Source: Cereibacter sphaeroides 2.4.1
Lineage (GTDB): Bacteria > Pseudomonadota > Alphaproteobacteria > Rhodobacterales > Rhodobacteraceae
Assembly: GCF_000012905.2 (NCBI RefSeq)
Contig: NC_007493.2
Location: 210,001 to 242,000 of the forward strand
DNA: 32,000 nt
Reading direction: 5' to 3'
In this document: positions 7,916-16,072 of the stretch, piece after piece
Position numbering within the stretch: position 1 is the first letter of the stretch
How the letters are laid out: every line of letters begins with the position of its first letter
The notes under the pieces: model-generated
Databases searched by the model: none
The model's input: the letters and a program-made list of their open reading frames with translations, nothing else
Told to the model about the DNA's origin: nothing
Program-made: the position numbers and the translations under genes

Positions 7916-9379
7916 ATGTCCGAGAGGAAGCCTACCCTGTGGTCGGAGAGTCGCCGTCCGCGTAAAGGTGAAGAAGAGGCTGGTGGCACTGAAGCTTCAG
8001 CTACCATTGATGAAGGCGACAAGCTTTCTTGGCGTTCTGTCTTCCAACGGGACTACGATCGACTTCTCTTCTCGACCCCGGTTCGCCGACTGTCTGACAA
8101 GACGCAGGTATGGCCGATGGACGAGAACGATGGCGTCCGTACGCGCCTGACCCACTCCCACGAAGTAGCTAACCTCGCCCGCTCCTTGGGGTCGAGGATT
8201 GCAACGCAGGAAGAGGGGTTGTTCAACGCTGACCTCCATCGCACGATTCAGCCAATTTTGTGGGCTATTGGCTTGGCGCACGACCTTGGGAACCCTCCGT
8301 TCGGGCACCAAGGTGAGGCTGCCATGGGGCGTTGGTTCAAGGATCGCGAAGCTTGGATATTCACACACGCTTCTGAAGAAGATGAAAAAGGTTTTGCTGA
8401 GCCGATACCTGAGAAACAGAGATTGGAGTTCACCAAGTTTGACGGAAACCCGCAAACTTTAAGACTTGTGACCCGGTTGCAAACTCATGCCCATGGCTTG
8501 GGCTTGGACCTCTCGGCAGCAACGCTCGCTGCCATGCTCAAATATCCTGTTTCTGCGGAGAACCGGAACAAGGACGTGCCTGCGCACAAGAAGGTTGGCT
8601 ACTTTGAAACCGAAAGAGATATTGTAAACTGGATTCGAGATGAGACAGGACTGAAGGAAGGGCAGCGACACCCTCTTACTTGGATCATGGAAGCGTGCGA
8701 CGATGTCGCTTACAGCATCTTGGATGTAGATGATGTGATGAAAAAAGGCATTGCCTCGCCTGAAGACATTCTGTCTCAGATGGGTGCCGAAGATCGTCTT
8801 AAAGATCATGCTTGCGTTGCGAAGATCAGAGAAGCTTTCAGGCGCGTGGATGAAGCAAAACACGGTGTGTTTGTGGCGCGCGATATCAAGATTGGTTACA
8901 TGAGGGCCTATTTGATGGAGGCGCTACTCGACGAAGCGGCTGCCAGCTTCATCGACAACGCAGCTGCCATTTTCGCTTTTGAAGGTGGGATGCTGCCAAT
9001 ATTGGAGGAGAGCGTCTTGTGCAATTTCCTCAAATCGGTTGCAAAGGATCACGCATTCTCCAATCCGGGAGTTTTGAAGTCGGAAGCAGTCGGCGCAGAA
9101 GCAATATCTCATATCATGTCCTTCTTCTGGGCTTCCATTAGAGATCGGGAGCACAATGACGACATCAAGTCGTGTCGCATGACCGCGGCATCAAAGTTTG
9201 CTTGGTCACTGGTAAGTCCGAACTACATCGAAGAGGCAGCGCGCTGCATTACAAAGCAGACGCCCCCGCAGCGGATCCGGTATGCTGAGATGCGCCTGCT
9301 TACTGACATGGTGTCTGGCATGACAGATTCTTTCGCAATGAAGCTCTGGGGTGACATTCGGGCGTTGCCGAAATGCTGA
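7916..9379 (+). CDS. dGTPase-family (Dgt-like) HD-domain deoxynucleoside triphosphate triphosphohydrolase
   Basis: ATG 7916 with GAGGTG 8 nt upstream (the track ORF starts at TTG 7910). Motifs FQRDYDRLLFSTPVRRLSDKTQV, RTRLTHSHEVANLARSLG, GLAHDLGNPPFGHQGE, ACDDVAYSILDVDD. Confidence 0.85.
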   Translation: MSERKPTLWSESRRPRKGEEEAGGTEASATIDEGDKLSWRSVFQRDYDRLLFSTPVRRLSDKTQVWPMDENDGVRTRLTHSHEVANLARSLGSRIATQEEGLFNADLHRTIQPILWAIGLAHDLGNPPFGHQGEAAMGRWFKDREAWIFTHASEEDEKGFAEPIPEKQRLEFTKFDGNPQTLRLVTRLQTHAHGLGLDLSAATLAAMLKYPVSAENRNKDVPAHKKVGYFETERDIVNWIRDETGLKEGQRHPLTWIMEACDDVAYSILDVDDVMKKGIASPEDILSQMGAEDRLKDHACVAKIREAFRRVDEAKHGVFVARDIKIGYMRAYLMEALLDEAAASFIDNAAAIFAFEGGMLPILEESVLCNFLKSVAKDHAFSNPGVLKSEAVGAEAISHIMSFFWASIRDREHNDDIKSCRMTAASKFAWSLVSPNYIEEAARCITKQTPPQRIRYAEMRLLTDMVSGMTDSFAMKLWGDIRALPKC

Positions 9380-10209
9380 TCGCTCGAGATGAAAGGATCC
9401 TCAAACGCAGAGTGGACGATTATCTATGGCGAGATAGGTCGAAGACTGTGCTGGCGCTTCGGCAGGTGCTAGTTGAAAAGTTTGGAGATTTCGAAAAAGT
9501 ATCGATTTTTGGCGGCATGATCCGCGACATCGCGCGCAATGGAAAGCGTGGATTTCGATCAGACGTTGATCTTGTTATTGACGCACCCGCTGCTGAGGTG
9601 AAGGACTTGGCTGACAGGTTGGCAGCAAAGCCGAACTTATTTGGCGGATTTGGGTACCGTACTGCGCGTTGGGAAATCGACTTTTGGGCTCTCGAGACCT
9701 CTTGGGCGCATAAGCATGGTCACATTAACGCCTCCTCTGTTGATGATCTGATGGAAGGGACATTCTTCGACTGGGATGCTGCGCATTATGATCTTAAGAG
9801 CCGTAAGCTTTACTTTCAGTCGGGATATTTGGAGAGGATCCGCAGCAGAACACTTGGCGTCAATCTTGTTGAAACGCCAAGTGCTGTGGGCAACGCCGTG
9901 CGCGCAGTGAGGCGTGTGTTGCTCTGGGATCTAAGAGCTTCTCCATGTCTTCTGGATTTCGTTGAGCATGTGGTGTCTAACGAGGGACTAGAGACGCTTT
10001 CGCGCTATGAAAAGCGAAAGCACCAAAGGTCCGTGTGCGAAGCTTACGTCGAGAGAAGCAGGTTGCTCGAAGCCCTTGCTGCAGGCAACAATAAAGTATA
10101 CTTTCTTCGCGGATCGCCAAGGCAGCTGGAGTTGCCGGGGATTTTCCTCTCCTCCACTCCGCGAGGATTAGCTAACAATTCGGAGCATCGGGCGAGTGCC
10201 CGCCTCTGA
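9373..10209 (+). CDS. Truncated CCA-adding/poly(A)-polymerase-family (Pol-beta fold) nucleotidyltransferase, head and neck only
   Basis: Start overlaps the upstream stop (ATGCTGA). IFGGMIRDIA...SDVDLVID matches GGxxRD...DxD. FFDWDAAHYDL and GNAVRAVRRV align with the RDFTxNA and DPLRxLRAxRF motifs. At 278 aa there are no body or tail domains. Confidence 0.65.
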   Translation: MLIARDERILKRRVDDYLWRDRSKTVLALRQVLVEKFGDFEKVSIFGGMIRDIARNGKRGFRSDVDLVIDAPAAEVKDLADRLAAKPNLFGGFGYRTARWEIDFWALETSWAHKHGHINASSVDDLMEGTFFDWDAAHYDLKSRKLYFQSGYLERIRSRTLGVNLVETPSAVGNAVRAVRRVLLWDLRASPCLLDFVEHVVSNEGLETLSRYEKRKHQRSVCEAYVERSRLLEALAAGNNKVYFLRGSPRQLELPGIFLSSTPRGLANNSEHRASARL

Positions 10210-11244
10210 GGCATAAGGATAAAAGCGGTCAAACTCTTCACTATAGATTTGCGTTATCGACTTTATATCTTCGCCGCTTAATCCGAGCTCTTGCCGCATG
10301 GCTTTAATGATGGTTGGTAGAACCGTTGGTCGATCATGCTCGAAGTCAAGGTTTGCCGGCTCTCTTGTCTTCCATCCGCGCGTGGCGATTTGCTGCCAGA
10401 GATATCGCGCCTGATTTGGCGTAATAATCTTCTCGCGCTGGATGGCGTAAAGAATGCCTTGCATTGAAACTCGCCATTCGGGTTTCAGTGCTGCTAGGAG
10501 CGCCAATGTAACCTTCCTTCCGCGAAGCGCGTCGTTAAGTTCTTTTCTCGGCAAAAGAAAGTTCGACGCAAAGAGGTTTGCTTCCTCTTCCATGTTTGGT
10601 GTCGGGAACCTGTGCATCACCAAGTGCCCTAGCTCGTGAGCAAGGGTGAAACGTACACGATCCGCCGGATGCGAAGGGTTAAGTAGGACGAGGGGTGGTC
10701 GTCCAGGTACGGCAAAAGTAACACCACTGACATTGGCGCCCCCGAAGTCAGAGTAGCCGACGACTACACCTGCTCGCTCGACAAGTCTGGTCAAGTTCTT
10801 GATTGGTCCCGATGGAATTTTCCAATGTCGCCGCAGTAGATCTGCAATATCCGCTGGAGAGCCGTATTGCTCCAGGTCGAAACGTCGGAGATCTAGAGAT
10901 GGCTTTAAGTCCATTTCCTCTAGGAAGCGGCGCAGATTAAACATGCGAACATTAAGCTCCGCCGTGATCATATCCAATTCGCGCGCAGTTACGTCAGAAT
11001 GCCCCCGCAGCATTGGATGAATGCTGACGGGCGGCCCGTAAACTGTATCGGGAAGGTCGAAGAATCCAGGAGGAAGATTAAAGGCTCTTGATGCCACCCG
11101 TATGCACTCATCGTCAACTTCGACAAGATCATTTTCCATACGAGAATATACGGCCTGAGCAACGCCTAGTTGCTCCGCCGTCTTTTTCTGCGTAAGTCCT
11201 CTGAGATGCCGCGCCAATCGCAGCATGTTTCCACGAGTAGCCAT
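10168..11244 (-). CDS. XRE-family HTH fused to an ImmA/IrrE (COG2856) zinc metallopeptidase
   Basis: N-terminal LRLARHLRGLTQKKTAEQLGVAQAVYSRMEND (HTH_3-like). Central RFTLAHELGHLVMH (HEXXH) followed by EEEANLFASNFLLP. 358 aa. Start lies 3 nt after the upstream stop. Confidence 0.8.
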   Translation of the reverse strand: MATRGNMLRLARHLRGLTQKKTAEQLGVAQAVYSRMENDLVEVDDECIRVASRAFNLPPGFFDLPDTVYGPPVSIHPMLRGHSDVTARELDMITAELNVRMFNLRRFLEEMDLKPSLDLRRFDLEQYGSPADIADLLRRHWKIPSGPIKNLTRLVERAGVVVGYSDFGGANVSGVTFAVPGRPPLVLLNPSHPADRVRFTLAHELGHLVMHRFPTPNMEEEANLFASNFLLPRKELNDALRGRKVTLALLAALKPEWRVSMQGILYAIQREKIITPNQARYLWQQIATRGWKTREPANLDFEHDRPTVLPTIIKAMRQELGLSGEDIKSITQIYSEEFDRFYPYASEAGTRPMLRIVS

Positions 11245-11247
11245 TAC

Positions 11248-11892
11248 TTAGTTGCCGTTGCTGTCAGAGGTGTCGTCGTCGCGCTGACGTTTGCGGAGAA
11301 CAACTAGTTCTTCGCTTGCTTCAGCCGCATCTTCCAGCGGCTCGGTCGACATCGGGAGGAGAGTAATGCCAGTGCCACTAGACGTGCTAGCAGCGCTCGG
11401 GACAATCTCATAGTGCCAAAGTAGCTCGTCACCGTCACGTGCTGCAACAACAACCCGCTCTATGCGGTCCTCGATCTCATTAGCGGTATAGAGCACTTCC
11501 ACCTTGGTGGCACTGGGAGGCATGCCCGGCAACTCGCTTTGAATGCTCACAAAATCCAAGACTGCTTGCGTGGGGTGATTGCGGCCCAGATTGTCTTCAT
11601 CACCCTTTTTAAACCGCGCTAGCACCACGTCCTTGAAGCAAAACTTTACTGTCTGCGCATTGGGATAAACCCGCACCTCTGGATCGGCGCTGAATTCGGT
11701 AATGGCATGTCGAGCGATAGCGTCAAAGACGTAGTTAGCGGTCGTTCGCGGATAAAGAACTGGCCCAGTACCACTCGATGCCATGCTGCGCTTAATAGAT
11801 GCCCACTCGCCGTAACCTTGCTCTATGACGCGCAGGATACGATCATGGTACGGGTTCAAGTGCTCCCTAACCTCATCTTCACCGTACTGCAC
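11248..11892 (-). CDS. Hypothetical protein (214 aa), first gene of the ImmA-fusion operon; acidic, serine-rich C-terminal tail
   Basis: GTG start with AGGAAG 6 nt upstream and a near-consensus promoter further upstream. No motif I can recognise. Same low-GC composition as its partner. Confidence 0.6.
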   Translation of the reverse strand: MQYGEDEVREHLNPYHDRILRVIEQGYGEWASIKRSMASSGTGPVLYPRTTANYVFDAIARHAITEFSADPEVRVYPNAQTVKFCFKDVVLARFKKGDEDNLGRNHPTQAVLDFVSIQSELPGMPPSATKVEVLYTANEIEDRIERVVVAARDGDELLWHYEIVPSAASTSSGTGITLLPMSTEPLEDAAEASEELVVLRKRQRDDDTSDSNGN

Positions 11893-11924
11893 GTGCTTCT
11901 TCCTATTACTGATGGATCTAGGTC

Positions 11925-11953
11925 ATCATAGGTGCCGCGTTTTGCAAATTCAA
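11925..11953 (-). promoter_or_regulatory. Near-consensus sigma-70 promoter driving the 214-aa/ImmA operon
   Basis: On the minus strand: TTGAAT, 17-nt spacer, TATGAT. The -10 element ends ~32 nt upstream of the GTG at 11892. Confidence 0.5.
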
Positions 11954-12073
11954 GATAAATTATTCAGTTCGTATTCTGACGCGTCCGGCTTGGGAGCTAC
12001 GCAAGCCAGATGAGACGTGCTGCTGTACCGAGCGTCACGTCCGCAACATGTGCATGGCGGTCCTAGGGGCGTG

Positions 12074-12094
12074 GCCCGTGACAGCACCACGGGC
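12074..12094 (-). terminator. Hairpin just downstream of the last prophage gene (weak terminator candidate, no U-tract)
   Basis: GCCCGTG-acagcac-CACGGGC, 12 nt beyond the stop at 12106. Confidence 0.25.
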
Positions 12095-12105
12095 ACGCGC
12101 CATGC

Positions 12106-12588
12106 TCAGAACTCAGCCGCCTGGGCAAGCCTGGACCGGACCAGCACATCGAGCGTGTCCGCCGGCGGGGCCAGCTGCTGCAACGCATCCGGTACAGAGT
12201 TCCGGACATAGCTCGAAACAAACTGGGTCGCCGCATCAGGGGCAAGCTTCCGGGCTACCGCCACCCGCGCGGCGGTCATGATCGCCGAATGCAGCGCCTC
12301 GCGATGCCGTGCCTCGATCTGGATCCCGGTCCAACGCTGGAAGCGGACGGTCGCGAGCCCGATCAGCGCCGTCAGGATCACGCCCGCCAGATCTAGGAGG
12401 CTGGGCGTCAGCGCGGTCAGAAGGTCGCTGCCGGTCGAGGCAGCTGCGGGCACGGCGAGCGCGGCGAGGATCGAGGCCGAGATCGTCGAAGCGGCCAGCC
12501 GCGCCAGAGCAGCGACCAGCGGCCAGCCGATGAGCAATATGAAGGCGAACGCGCAGAGGGCGAGGGCAAGGATGAAGATCAGGGACAT
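12106..12588 (-). CDS. Membrane protein downstream of the endolysin (possible holin or lysis accessory protein)
   Basis: AGGAGA RBS 5 nt upstream. N-terminal half has ~3 hydrophobic helices (SLIFILALALCAFAFILLIGWPLVAAL...). C-terminal half is soluble. Confidence 0.6.
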   Translation of the reverse strand: MSLIFILALALCAFAFILLIGWPLVAALARLAASTISASILAALAVPAAASTGSDLLTALTPSLLDLAGVILTALIGLATVRFQRWTGIQIEARHREALHSAIMTAARVAVARKLAPDAATQFVSSYVRNSVPDALQQLAPPADTLDVLVRSRLAQAAEF

Positions 12589-12600
12589 GGGTTCTCTCCT

Positions 12601-13410
12601 TCAGAGGCGGGCGAACTGGAAGTGCATCCAGTCGCGGTTGCAGGCGCGGCCGAGGCTCGTGGCGCCGGCGGCTTCGACGATGGTCCAGAAGGGCTCATAG
12701 GCGGGTGCGGCGAAGCTCGCCCGGTCGCGGCCCCAGCGGAGCGGGTTGCGCTCGGGGTCGAGGTCCACGGCGATGCCCCAGGCATGCATCGAGAGGGCGG
12801 AGCCGCCGCGCATGGGCCGGTGGTTGAAGCAGCCGCCGAAGAGGTTCAGCCGCAGCCGCTCGAACTGGACGGCGCCGTAGTGCGCCACCGCCTCGCGGAA
12901 GATCCGCGCCATCGGTGCGACCACGAGCTTGTGGCAGCGGAAGCTCGTGATGCTCGTGCCGGGATCCCAGGCGAGGCGGAACGGGATCGGCAGCTCGACG
13001 ATCCCCGCGGTGCAGTCGGGGCCGCCCGCGACGCCGTAGAAGGTCGCGACAGACTCCTGCCGCGGATAGGCGCCCTGGGCATCGGCCACGCCATGGCCCG
13101 GCAGCGGCAGCCGCTCGACGGTCGCTCGCACCGGCCCGGAGGCCCAGGCGGTCAGCGCCTCGCGGGTGTTGGGCCCGAGGAGCCCGTCGATCCGGCCCGG
13201 CGCATGGCCGAGCCGCGCCAGCACCGCCTGGCCGGCCGCGATCCGCTGCCGGCGGAAAGGCCAGGTGCGCCAGGGCACCGCCTCTCCCTCGAGCGCCGCC
13301 TGTGCGGCCGCCTGGGTCAGCGGCCCCGCGTCGCCGTCGATGGCGCCGCGGTAGAGCTCCGCGGCTGCGAGCAGCCGCTGGATGTCGGATGTCGTCACGT
13401 CTTTCTCCAT
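12601..13410 (-). CDS. Endolysin: peptidoglycan-binding repeats plus M15-family peptidase
   Basis: Two PG_binding-like segments (LYRGAIDGDAGPLTQAA; GHAPGRIDGLLGPNTREAL). The C-terminus has SMHAWGIAVDLD ... NRDWMHFQ, typical M15 zinc ligands. The ATG at 13410 is preferred over the track TTG at 13416 because a terminator hairpin abuts it. Confidence 0.8.
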   Translation of the reverse strand: MEKDVTTSDIQRLLAAAELYRGAIDGDAGPLTQAAAQAALEGEAVPWRTWPFRRQRIAAGQAVLARLGHAPGRIDGLLGPNTREALTAWASGPVRATVERLPLPGHGVADAQGAYPRQESVATFYGVAGGPDCTAGIVELPIPFRLAWDPGTSITSFRCHKLVVAPMARIFREAVAHYGAVQFERLRLNLFGGCFNHRPMRGGSALSMHAWGIAVDLDPERNPLRWGRDRASFAAPAYEPFWTIVEAAGATSLGRACNRDWMHFQFARL

Positions 13411-13414
13411 ATGC

Positions 13415-13438
13415 AAAAGCCCCGCACGAGGGCGGGGC
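13415..13438 (-). terminator. Rho-independent terminator after the methylase gene
   Basis: Minus strand GCCCCGC-cctcgt-GCGGGGC followed by TTTTG. Confidence 0.5.
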
Positions 13439-13463
13439 GTGGGTGGTCGGACCGGTGTGGTTT

Positions 13464-14270
13464 TCAGAGCAGGGTCGCGATCCGCTCGCGGTTCGAGACG
13501 AGGAGCTCCTGCGCCTCGGTGCTGCCCGAGGCGGCGACCGAGTAGCTCAGCCGCACCGGCTCGAGGTGGAACCGACCGAAGAGCGCCCGGATCTCCGGCG
13601 TGTCATTGATCGACAGGAGGAAGGCGCCCTTCAGGCCGCCGAGGATCTCGGCGATCCGCGCGAACTGCGCCCGGTCGAAGATCCCGCGGCCGTAGTCGTT
13701 CTCGCCGCCGAAGTAGGGTGGGTCGAGATAGAACAGCGTCTCGGCCGTATCGTAGCGCGGGATCAGCTCGGCCCAGTCGAGGCACTCGAAGACGACGCCA
13801 TCGAGCCTCGTGCGGGCGGCGTCGAGGAGCGGCTCGAGGCGGGCGAGCGAGAAGAGCGGCCCGTTCCCAGGCGAAATGCCGAAGCTGCCGTTTGGCTTGC
13901 CGCCGAAGCTCAGCCGCTGGAGGTAGAGGAACCGCGCGGCCCGCTCGAGGTCGGTCAGCGTGGCGGGATCCGTCACGCGCAGCCGATCGAACTCGCGCCG
14001 GCTGCAAATCTGGAAGCGCATGATCTCCAGGAGCTGGGGGTAATGCCGCTGCAGGATCCGGAAGAGGTTGATGATCTCGCCGTTGCGGTCGTTCATGACC
14101 TCGAGGCGGGGCCGGAAGCGGCGGCGGAGGAAGATCCCGCCCATGCCGACGAAGGGCTCGACATAGGCGCGGTGCGGGATGGCCTCGATCCGCTCGAGGA
14201 TGAGCGGGTGGAGACGTTTCTTGCCGCCGAGCCACGGGGCGACCGGGGCGGCGGGAGGTACTTGTTTCAT
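13464..14270 (-). CDS. Orphan Dam-like (D12 class) N6-adenine DNA methyltransferase
   Basis: PWLGGKKRL near the N-terminus, EPFVGMGG (AdoMet site), FYLDPPY catalytic motif. No adjacent endonuclease gene. Alternative GTG start at 14288. Confidence 0.85.
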   Translation of the reverse strand: MKQVPPAAPVAPWLGGKKRLHPLILERIEAIPHRAYVEPFVGMGGIFLRRRFRPRLEVMNDRNGEIINLFRILQRHYPQLLEIMRFQICSRREFDRLRVTDPATLTDLERAARFLYLQRLSFGGKPNGSFGISPGNGPLFSLARLEPLLDAARTRLDGVVFECLDWAELIPRYDTAETLFYLDPPYFGGENDYGRGIFDRAQFARIAEILGGLKGAFLLSINDTPEIRALFGRFHLEPVRLSYSVAASGSTEAQELLVSNRERIATLL

Positions 14271-14671
14271 AAGGTGATTCTGCCTCACAAGGCGCCTGCC
14301 CTCGCGAGGGGTGGCAGGCAGTCTGAAAGGCGACGGACAGGCTGGCGCGGTCGGAGGTGGTACTTTGGCCGCGTGGTTCGGGCTGTTACACCAGCCCGGC
14401 CCCTGCCTGAGGGGCGCTACGGGCGCCCCGAGGAAGGGGCGTTCCGGATCTCGATTGTTGAGGCCGTAGACCCCATGTGGGAAATGCTACGGCAGAGCCT
14501 TGGCGTCCGCAGCTCGACTTCCAGCGTCACATTCCCATGCGACCAAAGGCCAAAGCCTCGTGGTCCGCATGGGTGCTGCTTGATGAGCGCATCAGGGAGT
14601 GCCACAAGGGCAAGATGCGCGTGCGGTGAAGGCTCCGATAATTACAGCAGATCAGTTGAGAAGGAACTCAA

Positions 14672-15670
14672 ATGGACCTCGATGATCTATACCGCCTTCT
14701 GCGTGTATCGCACGTGCAGGCTCAGGGCATCGTCGATACCATCCGGGACCCGCTGCTCGTCCTCGCAGGCGATCTGACGGTCATCAGCGCGAACCCGGCC
14801 TTCTACCGGACCTTTGCGACCGACCGGGACAGCACCATCGGCCGCCCGCTCTACGACCTCGGTAACGGCCAGTGGAACATTCCCGAACTGCGCATGCTGC
14901 TCGAGAACGTGATCCCGAAAAGCGCTTCTATCATGGATTTCGAGGTGCAGGCAGGATTTCCGGAGGTGGGCCTGCGGACCATGCTGATCAGCGCGCAACG
15001 CCTGATCCACCCGGACAATGGGCAGCGTGTCCTCCTCCTCTCGATGGTGGATGCGACGGCCCGGCGTCAGATGGAGGCCGCGAAGGACATCCTGATCAAC
15101 GAGCTCGATCACCGCATCAAGAACCTGATGTCGGTGACACAGGCTCTGACCCGACAGACGGCCGTCGAAGGCAGAAGTGCCGGCGAATATCGCACCGCGC
15201 TCCTCGGACGGTTCGATGCTCTGGCGCGATCACTCGAAGTGGCGTCGCACAAGCAGTCGTCGCAGCTGCGGGACCTGGCCGTCGCCGTGATGGAGCCATA
15301 TCTGGAGGCGGCATCCGCCGTTGTCATCGCGGAAGGGCCGGCCGTCCGGCTCTCCCCTTCGCAGGCCACCCCGCTTGGCCTCGTTCTTCACGAGCTGGGG
15401 ACGAATGCCACAAAGTACGGAGCCCTGTCCACGTCGAGTGGAACCGTGACACTGGACTGGAAGGTCGTCTCGGACGGGGAAGGCCGGAAAAAAGTGCATT
15501 TGCGATGGCAGGAACGAGGGGGGCCGAAGGTGGCGGCACCCTCGAAGACCGGCTTCGGCACCCGTCTCATCAAATTTACCACCGAATTCGAACTGCGAGG
15601 TTCCGCGGAACTTTCCTATGAGCCTGATGGTTTCGTGGCGAAGTTGAGCTTTCCGAGCCAGAACCCCTGA
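14672..15670 (+). CDS. Soluble PAS-domain HWE/HisKA_2-type histidine kinase
   Basis: AAGGAA RBS. PAS-like N-terminus (IRDPLLVLAGDLTVISANPAFYRTF). H-box ELDHRIKNLMSV. N-box HELGTNATKYGAL. WQERGGP...GFGTRLI. No transmembrane segment. Confidence 0.85.
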   Translation: MDLDDLYRLLRVSHVQAQGIVDTIRDPLLVLAGDLTVISANPAFYRTFATDRDSTIGRPLYDLGNGQWNIPELRMLLENVIPKSASIMDFEVQAGFPEVGLRTMLISAQRLIHPDNGQRVLLLSMVDATARRQMEAAKDILINELDHRIKNLMSVTQALTRQTAVEGRSAGEYRTALLGRFDALARSLEVASHKQSSQLRDLAVAVMEPYLEAASAVVIAEGPAVRLSPSQATPLGLVLHELGTNATKYGALSTSSGTVTLDWKVVSDGEGRKKVHLRWQERGGPKVAAPSKTGFGTRLIKFTTEFELRGSAELSYEPDGFVAKLSFPSQNP

Positions 15671-15682
15671 CCCGAGTATACC

Positions 15683-16072
15683 ATGCCGAACGAGCCGGCC
15701 GAGCCTCGTCCGAAGCAGGGCCTGCTCGTCCTTGTTGTCGAGGACGAATTCCTGACCGCCATCGACCTGCAGTCGATGCTGGAGGATGTGGGCTACGCCG
15801 TACTCGGGCCGGTTGGCACGGTTGATGACGCGCTCAGGATCCTGGACGAGACGCGCCCGGACGTGGTGTCGCTCGATCTAAACTTGCGAGGGCAATCCTC
15901 CATTCCGGTGGCCGAGAAACTCCGCGAGCTCGAGGTTCCGTTTATCGTCACTTCAGCCTACAGGACCTTCGACTTTCCCGGCGGCGAGATTCTGACTGGC
16001 GTCACAGCGATCGGGAAGCCCGTCCACCCGCGCATGCTGATCGAGGCCCTGAGCCAGGCGTGCGGATCATGA
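15683..16072 (+). CDS. Single-domain response regulator (receiver only)
   Basis: VLVVEDEFL, DVVSLDLNL (phospho-acceptor Asp region), FIVTSAY, GKP. 129 aa with no output domain. Confidence 0.8.
   Translation: MPNEPAEPRPKQGLLVLVVEDEFLTAIDLQSMLEDVGYAVLGPVGTVDDALRILDETRPDVVSLDLNLRGQSSIPVAEKLRELEVPFIVTSAYRTFDFPGGEILTGVTAIGKPVHPRMLIEALSQACGS

Larger units (their letters stand above)
7040..12010. other. Low-GC genomic island (horizontally acquired cargo) between the IS debris and the prophage end
   Basis: Sampled 60-nt lines inside are ~45-50% GC (e.g. 8401-8460 = 28/60) against ~65-70% outside. Codon usage is no longer GC3-biased. Composition breaks sharply near 7040 and near 12010. Confidence 0.8.

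Noticed and set aside
4788-12100. Direct repeat of the tRNA-Ser 3' end (attL/attR pair) delimiting an integrated element
   Set aside because: I could not find a second copy of TGGCGGAGACGAAGGGATTCGAACC, or a substantial part of it, by eye near 4790, 7040 or 12010. This needs a computational repeat search before any att claim.
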